Assembly (NCBI GenBank): GCA_049606355.1
Contig: JBMYVL010000001.1
Location: forward strand, 136,871 to 168,870
Origin: Opitutales bacterium
GTDB lineage: Bacteria; Verrucomicrobiota; Verrucomicrobiia; Opitutales; Coraliomargaritaceae
Reading direction: 5' to 3'
DNA length: 32,000 bases
Under the pieces are notes generated by a model. The model saw only the letters and a program-made list of their open reading frames with translations. It ran no database searches and was not told the DNA's origin. Shown piece by piece: positions 25,814 through 32,000 of this stretch (its first letter is position 1; the number at the start of each line of letters is the position of its first letter). Position numbers and translations under genes: made by a program.

Positions 25814-27771
25814 TTAAGCAAACGGTGTAAGGTACGACTCATCTCCTTAATCCGATAAGGTTTGGGGACGACCGCCTTAAACCCCGCACTCTCGTAATCC
25901 GACATCACGTCGGAGTTGGTGTAGCCGCTGGAGGCAATTGCAACGAGGTCTGGGTCATACGCGCGCAATATCTGGCAAGCTTCCTCGCCACCCATACCTC
26001 CCGGCACGGTTAAATCAAATACCACCGCATCAAACGGCTCACCGGATTCTTTCGCCGCTTTGTAAGCTTCGATCGCTTCCTCACCATGGCAGGTTAACTG
26101 CGTACGGTAACCGAGCACCTCAAGAATTTCTCCAGCGACGCGCATCATCGCCTCCATATCATCCATAACCAAGATGCGCCCAGATCCTTTGTGTAGTGTT
26201 TCTGTGGATACCGCTTCGCTACTTGTCGGCTCAACTTCCTGCGCCGACCGCGGCAAATAAACGTCGAAGCAGGTTCCCTTACCCAATTCAGATTCAACCG
26301 TTATCCGACCCCCGTGTTTTTGAATAATCGCTGCTGAAGACGCGAGGCCGAGGCCACTCCCCTCCGGCTTTGTCGTAAAGTAAGGAGTAAAGATTTGGCC
26401 CAAGTCTTTAGCGGCGATACCTACACCTGCATCCGCCACCCGAATGCGCACATAGTCGCCCGCCTGGAGGCCGTTGACCGCGCCCGCGGAGTACGTACGG
26501 TTCCGCACGCTTACTCGCAACTCACCGCCGTTCGGCATCGCTTGGTTCGCGTTGATCACCAAATTATTGATCACTTGAGCAATTTGCCCTTTATCCACCT
26601 CAACCGGCCAAAGCCCTTCGTCCTTTTCAACAGTACAACTGACCTTGGCGCCACGTAAAATAAACTGGGCAGCATCCTCAACGATTTGATCAATTGTGGC
26701 CGCTTCCAATATGGGGCTGCCTCCTTTGGCCAGACTGAGCAACTGCCGTGTTAACGATTTCGCCTGCAAGGCCGCTTTCTCAGCTGCGAGCAATTGCTCG
26801 GCCTGCGGATCGGCCGCGTCCATACGCGCACGGACCACTGATACATTCCCCAGAACCGCAGTCAGTATATTATTAAAGTCATGCGCGATACCACCTGCCA
26901 AAAGGCTCAGTGACTCCAGTTGATCGCTTTTCAACAGCTGTGCCTCGGCCTGGGCGACTGTCGCTGCATCCCTTAGCACCATGCTGTAACTGGCAACCGT
27001 GCGGTCCGCACTGGGCACCGCACGCAGCACGACAGATACCGGCAGGTACTGCTGCGGATCACGCCGCAACTGCAGCACTCGAGGCTGCGTTTGTTCCTTG
27101 GGGAAGCTCGCTGAGACTAAGGTCGCGAAGTCTTGTAACTGGGCATTCGTTTCGGGGTCGCGCAACTCAAGTACTTCCGTCCAGACGCGACCTTTGGCCT
27201 CGCCTCGAGTCACCCCAATTAACTGTGCGGCAGCCGCATTAAACTGCTCGATACGGCCCGCTTCGGTAAGGGTCAATACCGCCTCCTCGAGCAGATCCAA
27301 GGCCCCAGCAACACGTGCATCCACGAGTGATGCGGTCTCTTCGGATGCGTGCTGTGCCGTAAGGTCTACCAGCGTCACCAGCTCTGCAGCAGCACCCTCC
27401 CATTGAATCGATTCCGCGCGCAAGCCGAGCCATCGCGCAGAGCCATCATCGCAGGGTATTTCGAACTCAGTCGACATCCCTCTTTCTACCGCGAAGGGGA
27501 AGACCTCACCCAGTAAGTGGTCAACCGCAGCATCCAGCAATTGTGCGGCGCTCTGATTTAGATACTGAATCTTCCCTTGCGCTGAGAGCACCAGCACTGC
27601 GGCAAACTCTGTTGCAAAAAGATCCCGCAACACTGCCTCGGGCGACGCGCTCGGAGTCAGCTGTGCCCGATCGGTACGCCATCTGCGCAGCCACTCACGC
27701 GCCCAGCACAAGCCGCGCGGCAAGATGCCCGCTGGCCGTGTATTCAACTTAGGGGAGTCTGGATCCGACAT
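25810..27771 (-). CDS. cytoplasmic PAS-PAS hybrid sensor histidine kinase with C-terminal receiver domain
   Basis: 653 aa. It has the H-box LLAGGIAHDFNNILTAV, the N/G boxes INNLVINANQAM, DAGVGI and GSGLGL, and a receiver domain (RILVMDDMEAMMRV ... DAVVFDLTVPGGMGG ... KPY). I saw no TM segment. Confidence 0.9.
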   Translation of the reverse strand: MSDPDSPKLNTRPAGILPRGLCWAREWLRRWRTDRAQLTPSASPEAVLRDLFATEFAAVLVLSAQGKIQYLNQSAAQLLDAAVDHLLGEVFPFAVERGMSTEFEIPCDDGSARWLGLRAESIQWEGAAAELVTLVDLTAQHASEETASLVDARVAGALDLLEEAVLTLTEAGRIEQFNAAAAQLIGVTRGEAKGRVWTEVLELRDPETNAQLQDFATLVSASFPKEQTQPRVLQLRRDPQQYLPVSVVLRAVPSADRTVASYSMVLRDAATVAQAEAQLLKSDQLESLSLLAGGIAHDFNNILTAVLGNVSVVRARMDAADPQAEQLLAAEKAALQAKSLTRQLLSLAKGGSPILEAATIDQIVEDAAQFILRGAKVSCTVEKDEGLWPVEVDKGQIAQVINNLVINANQAMPNGGELRVSVRNRTYSAGAVNGLQAGDYVRIRVADAGVGIAAKDLGQIFTPYFTTKPEGSGLGLASSAAIIQKHGGRITVESELGKGTCFDVYLPRSAQEVEPTSSEAVSTETLHKGSGRILVMDDMEAMMRVAGEILEVLGYRTQLTCHGEEAIEAYKAAKESGEPFDAVVFDLTVPGGMGGEEACQILRAYDPDLVAIASSGYTNSDVMSDYESAGFKAVVPKPYRIKEMSRTLHRLLN

Positions 27772-27914
27772 AATGAGTGGCGCAAAGTGCGCATCACATT
27801 CGCCTTCGATTGCATTGGCAACTCAGAATACTGCTAGGCTGGCTACCTAAGTGAGTCGCCTCATGTGCTACAGGCACTCTAGGAGGGCTTTATCTCTGCC
27901 CGCAGGAGCTGCTG

Positions 27915-29564
27915 TTAGCGGTGCTTGCGCAGCGTCGAGACGACGATGTAGAGCCCGAGCAAGCCGGATACGATAAAGCCACTGATCCCGATCACCGGAT
28001 AACCCCACAGCAAAGGCTTCACGCCGGTAGTAATGACCAACGACGAGCCAATGAGCAGCGAGCCGACGATGATGCCCACCGTCAGACGATTCATGGCACG
28101 GGCGAACGTCTCCTCGAGATCCTCGGTACCCGCATGATGCATATTAATGCGAATGTCCTCTTTCTCTAAGCGGAGTAAAATACGCTGCATCTGTTCGGGT
28201 ATCTGCTGCACATGGCGCAACATTGCTAGGGCAGGATACAGCAACTGGCGCTTGAGGCTGGCGCGACTCCAGCGTTCTTGGTGTAATTGCTCTAAAAAAG
28301 GACGCGCCACTGGTTGGAGATCAAAGTTGGGGTCCAGAGTCAGCGCGGCTTCTTCCACGCATAGAATTGCTTTGGCCAGCAGGGCATAGTCGGACGGCAC
28401 GTCGACGCCATTCATTCCGAACAGATAGAGCATTTCCAGTCCGATTGAACCGATCTTCGTCTCCGCTTTGCCGATGTTACGATGCTTATTGAGCAGATAG
28501 GTCACCGCCTTTTCCAAAGAGCGTCGCTCGAGTGGCCGAGTCGATTGCGAGAGCCGCTCCGCCACACGAATCACTTTGTCCACATTGCACTCGGTGATTG
28601 CCGCAAATAAATCGGCCAGCAGATAGCGCATCTCCTGCGTGATTTGGCCGGCCTGCCCCCAATCAAGCAGGCAGATACGCCGATCCGCGGTAATCAACAT
28701 ATTGCCGGTATGCGGGTCTGAATGAAAGAAGCCCGTGCCGACAATCTGTTGAAACACCGAGCGCCCCCCCAACTGCGCCAACTCGATTGCATCGGCGCGA
28801 CTGAGCTGTACTTGGTCGGGCGGCGTACCCGCCACCCACTCAGTAACCAACAGGCGGCGCGTATTCCACTCTGGGTACACGCGAGGTGCAAACACGCGGT
28901 TCGTTTCGACATTTAAGGTACGGAAGATTTCGGTATTGGCCGCTTCATTGCGATAATCCAACTCCTCTTCCAGGCGTTGCTCCGCTTCGTGCACCAAGGC
29001 CGGCAAATTGTAAGGACGTAGCTCCGGCACCCGCGCCTGCAATTGCCGAGCAAACCAAGCAATAATCTCCAGGTCCGCATTGATTGTCTTTCGAATATCA
29101 GCGCGCTGTACTTTGACTGCCACCCATGCGCCGGTCGCCTTAAGGCGCGCCTGATACACCTGGCCCAAAGAACCCGCCGCGATCGGCTCCGGACCAAACT
29201 CGGTGAAGACTGCCTCGATCGAACACTCGAGCTCTTTGAGTAGCACCGGCTTGATTTTATCGAACGGCTGTGGCTCGACTTGGCTCCGCAGCTTCTTCAG
29301 CTCCATCACCAGCGGCTCGGGCAGACGATCCGGGCGTGTACACAGCAACTGCCCAAACTTAACAAAAATCGGCCCCAGTTCTTCGACCGCATTACGCACT
29401 CGTTCGTACGGCGACAAATGCGCCACTTTCGCCCGCACCAAGTTGCGCAATAAAAACGGCGGAGTGTCGAGTTGCAGCAGCAAATCCTCAAAGCCCCAAC
29501 GCCCGAGAATCGCCACGATCTCCGGCGCACGCACCGCATTCGCCAGATAGTTAAACGGTTTCAT
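27915..29564 (-). CDS. ABC1/UbiB family atypical protein kinase
   Basis: 549 aa. It has LGPIFVKFGQLLCTRPDRLP, IAAGSLGQVYQARL, VAVKVQRADI and FHSDPHTGNML, plus two C-terminal TM helices. Confidence 0.9.
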   Translation of the reverse strand: MKPFNYLANAVRAPEIVAILGRWGFEDLLLQLDTPPFLLRNLVRAKVAHLSPYERVRNAVEELGPIFVKFGQLLCTRPDRLPEPLVMELKKLRSQVEPQPFDKIKPVLLKELECSIEAVFTEFGPEPIAAGSLGQVYQARLKATGAWVAVKVQRADIRKTINADLEIIAWFARQLQARVPELRPYNLPALVHEAEQRLEEELDYRNEAANTEIFRTLNVETNRVFAPRVYPEWNTRRLLVTEWVAGTPPDQVQLSRADAIELAQLGGRSVFQQIVGTGFFHSDPHTGNMLITADRRICLLDWGQAGQITQEMRYLLADLFAAITECNVDKVIRVAERLSQSTRPLERRSLEKAVTYLLNKHRNIGKAETKIGSIGLEMLYLFGMNGVDVPSDYALLAKAILCVEEAALTLDPNFDLQPVARPFLEQLHQERWSRASLKRQLLYPALAMLRHVQQIPEQMQRILLRLEKEDIRINMHHAGTEDLEETFARAMNRLTVGIIVGSLLIGSSLVITTGVKPLLWGYPVIGISGFIVSGLLGLYIVVSTLRKHR

Positions 29565-29616
29565 CGCTTACGAGACGATGCCTGCAGCACAAAACTCTGG
29601 CGCACGTTAAATCTGC

Positions 29617-29931
29617 TCAGTCGTTATTCGGGAACTCCTTATGCAGCTTGCCCTCGAGCTCAGTGACACGAGCAGCAAGCGCATCGTATTGGTCCTGCGT
29701 CACCACATTCGCGCGGTGGAGCATTTCAGTGAAGAGCTTGCCCGCCTCTGTCTTCGCTTTTTCGGTCTCGGCCTTGCCTTCCTCCACAATTTTCTCCGAA
29801 AGCGATGCAGCTTCCTCTTTGGTCAGCCTACCCTTAGCGACCAGTTCATCGAGTGACTCCAGTACCTTGTCTTTCGTCACGACAGCCAGCCCGACGCCAG
29901 CCAACATTGTTTTCTTCACCAGATCGATCAT
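29617..29931 (-). CDS. phasin-like / coiled-coil small protein (hypothetical)
   Basis: 104 aa from ATG 29931. MIDLVKKTMLAGVGLAVVTKDKVLESLDELVAKGRLTKEEAASL resembles the PHA-granule-associated (phasin, PF05597-like) family that is often encoded upstream of ABC1 kinases. The 56-codon upstream extension in the ORF track looks non-coding. Confidence 0.5.
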   Translation of the reverse strand: MIDLVKKTMLAGVGLAVVTKDKVLESLDELVAKGRLTKEEAASLSEKIVEEGKAETEKAKTEAGKLFTEMLHRANVVTQDQYDALAARVTELEGKLHKEFPNND

Positions 29932-30061
29932 AGTCACGCCAGTGTAGCGTCTCAGGGACTCAAATACAAGAGCGATTGATCCCGCACTCATCGCTGCCGG
30001 ATCGAACGCATCAGCCCAGCAATGAGTTGCCCGACTCAAGCTCCTGACAAAGTAGCCCGAT

Positions 30062-30090
30062 AAAAAAAGACCCGCAGCGCTGCGGGTCTT
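30062..30090 (-). terminator. rho-independent terminator of the secretin gene
   Basis: Perfect 20-nt palindrome gacccgcagcgctgcgggtc (30069-30088). The A-run at 30062-30068 becomes a T-run after the hairpin on the minus strand. It lies 25 nt after the secretin stop. Confidence 0.75.
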
Positions 30091-30113
30091 GGCAAACAAT
30101 TGATTTGGGATGA

Positions 30114-32000
30114 CTATTCCTCAGTCAAATCCACAGAACGATTCGCTGCGCCGGAAGGCGTCATCACCGTTGGGTTTTGGAACAGGGCATTGGCCTTCGC
30201 ATTCGGATAATTCTGGCGCGCCAGCGAGCCGCCCGGGCTAACCAAGTTAGCGGTAACGAAAATCAGCAAGTTGCGCTTTTGGCGGGTCTCCCCCTCCGAG
30301 CGAAACAGACGCCCGACTCCCGGAATATCCCCCAGTAACGGCACCTTATCGCTTACCGTCTTCACTTCATCGCGGGTCAAGCCCCCCATCACTAAAGTAG
30401 CGCCATCAAACACGGTTACCTCCGTAGAAATCTGCCGTGTTGAAAAGATAGGCTGATAAAAGCCAGCGGGCACAGTAACCGTCGTACCACCCGAAATCGC
30501 AATGCTGGGCCCTCCATACTCCACAAAGCCTTCAAATTCGGTAACGGTCGGCTCTAAAATGAGGCTGATGGAATCATCATTCTCGACATTGGGCGTAACC
30601 GCCAGCTCGACGCCGACGTTACGCGTCACAAAGTCTTCAGGGGTGCCTGCCGTGATCGAAATGGAGGATCCGCCGCCTTCATCGCCAGCGCCACTACTGG
30701 TCGAGGCAGTCGACTCAATATCGCCGTAACTCTCCGGATAGCGCAACTCTTGTGCCACCGAAATCGTGGCGCGCTTGCCGGACAACACGGTGACCTTTGG
30801 TGCGCTCATTAGATCCGTACCTGACTTGCGCGACAATGCGCGCAGTTCAAGATCAAGATTATTGGTTGATCCCAAGCCGATGATGCCTGCCTTATTAAAG
30901 GTGGCTCCAGCCACGCCCGATGCCACATCCGTGGCCAAATCGGTCACTGAAGGTAACACGGGAGGAGTAATGGACCCTTTGTTAACTCCATCTATTAAAA
31001 TTTCACTCCCTTCTTGGGAGACTCCAAAGGCGTCGGCGAGCGAACGCGGCTTAAATTGCGAGACTTTAGTTTCTCCGTCATAGTGTGTCCAATTGAAGCC
31101 GAGTTCCTCTAAGTCACCTTGGGCAACTTCTAAGAATTTCGCCTCAATCTCAACCTGTTTGACTTCGCTGTAGTTGCGTAAGATGGCACGCATCCGATCC
31201 AGGTTTTGGCGGGTCTGGGTTACGATGAGTTGCTCCCCGTCAAAAGCGAGGCTGGCACCCGGCAACCCGAAATTCACGCCCGCACGCTGAAAAAAGGCCT
31301 GCAGGGCATTGGTTTTATCATCGGCGACGACTCTCGCTTCGATTGCTGCAGCAAAGGGATCGGCCGACGTGACCGAAGCTGCGCCTCCCTCACCAAAGCC
31401 TGTGAGGCGAATCACGGTTCCCGCAGAGATGGGGAAAAATTCAGTAACGGTGCTTTGCGTGCCCGCTTGACCAAAACTCGGCGACACCGTCACCGCATCC
31501 GCGCCCACCTCGTAAGTGAAGTTCACCTGCTGCGTCACGAATTGTAAGATACGATCGAGGCTCAGGTTACGCAGGCTGATATTCACCCGTGGGTTATTCT
31601 CACTCGGATTGAAAAGCGGCACAATATTGACGCCGATACGATCGGGGTCGTACTCAAGTGACAGTTCGGACAAAGTCTCAAGCACCCGGGTGAGCTCCAT
31701 ATTGGAAAAGTTCACCTGCGGAATCACAATCGTGGACAATTTCTGTTGGACTAAACTAGGCCCGGAACTCTGTGCGAATGAGCCTTCAGCAATGTCAAAG
31801 ACTTTGGGACGATCCCATTGCTGATCCACTTCGGTGAGCATTTGCGCGCGTGTTTTATAGAGATTTTCGGCGTGAATGCCACCAAGGACCAGAGCAATAC
31901 GCTTCGAAAACAATTTCGCTTCCTTGTTGTTGGCGTCACGCGCTTCCACCTCCCGAAACGTTTGCGCCGCACCTTCGTAATCACCATGCAAAAATTGTGT
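30114..32000 (-). CDS. type II/III secretion system secretin family protein (GspD/PilQ-like), 5' end outside the window
   Basis: The C-terminal secretin domain has VPLLGDIPGVGRLFRSEGETRQKRNLLIFVTANLV. Upstream N-domain-like modules are VNFSNMELTRVLETLSE and ISLRNLSLDRILQFVTQQ. The reading frame stays open to base 32000, so the gene is partial. Confidence 0.85.
   Translation of the reverse strand, partial: TQFLHGDYEGAAQTFREVEARDANNKEAKLFSKRIALVLGGIHAENLYKTRAQMLTEVDQQWDRPKVFDIAEGSFAQSSGPSLVQQKLSTIVIPQVNFSNMELTRVLETLSELSLEYDPDRIGVNIVPLFNPSENNPRVNISLRNLSLDRILQFVTQQVNFTYEVGADAVTVSPSFGQAGTQSTVTEFFPISAGTVIRLTGFGEGGAASVTSADPFAAAIEARVVADDKTNALQAFFQRAGVNFGLPGASLAFDGEQLIVTQTRQNLDRMRAILRNYSEVKQVEIEAKFLEVAQGDLEELGFNWTHYDGETKVSQFKPRSLADAFGVSQEGSEILIDGVNKGSITPPVLPSVTDLATDVASGVAGATFNKAGIIGLGSTNNLDLELRALSRKSGTDLMSAPKVTVLSGKRATISVAQELRYPESYGDIESTASTSSGAGDEGGGSSISITAGTPEDFVTRNVGVELAVTPNVENDDSISLILEPTVTEFEGFVEYGGPSIAISGGTTVTVPAGFYQPIFSTRQISTEVTVFDGATLVMGGLTRDEVKTVSDKVPLLGDIPGVGRLFRSEGETRQKRNLLIFVTANLVSPGGSLARQNYPNAKANALFQNPTVMTPSGAANRSVDLTEE

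Noticed and set aside
24857-27771. The solute-binding protein acting as the periplasmic ligand sensor for the adjacent hybrid histidine kinase
   Set aside because: The genes are convergent, not co-transcribed. The kinase shows no TM segment or periplasmic domain, so a direct periplasmic interaction is implausible.

Overview
This is a gene-dense chromosomal window with about 33 protein-coding genes. Sampled coding lines are roughly 55-60% G+C by hand count. I recognised no rRNA, tRNA, CRISPR array, transposase or integrase. Most genes are housekeeping: purB, a long-form purM, a PPi-type phosphofructokinase, tyrA-aroA-cmk-plsC, uvrC, holA-like, cinA/pncC, thrH and pnuC plus a NadR-type kinase. 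The pseudopilin N-terminus (GFTLVEIMIVVVIIGLLAAMAIP), the long Bacteroidetes-like PurM and the secretin fit a PVC/Verrucomicrobiota-like organism, but that is a low-confidence guess. I saw no recognisable defence or mobile system. The most unusual content is: (1) a translationally coupled cassette of phosphoglycosyl transferase, acyl carrier protein, SDR reductase and adenylating ligase at 3014-5925; (2) a small CxxC membrane protein followed by a Met/His-rich outer-membrane barrel at 23207-24755; (3) a membrane-anchored protein with five exact-register 67-aa tandem repeats and a C-terminal FGE-like domain that lacks the catalytic cysteines, at 16508-18283; (4) an M29-like metallopeptidase next to an OvoA-C-terminal-like methyltransferase at 882-2895; and (5) an islet of about 30% G+C, dense in short repeats, carrying a small ribbon-helix-helix-like ORF at 351-880. 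All functional calls come from motif recognition by eye, not from database searches.
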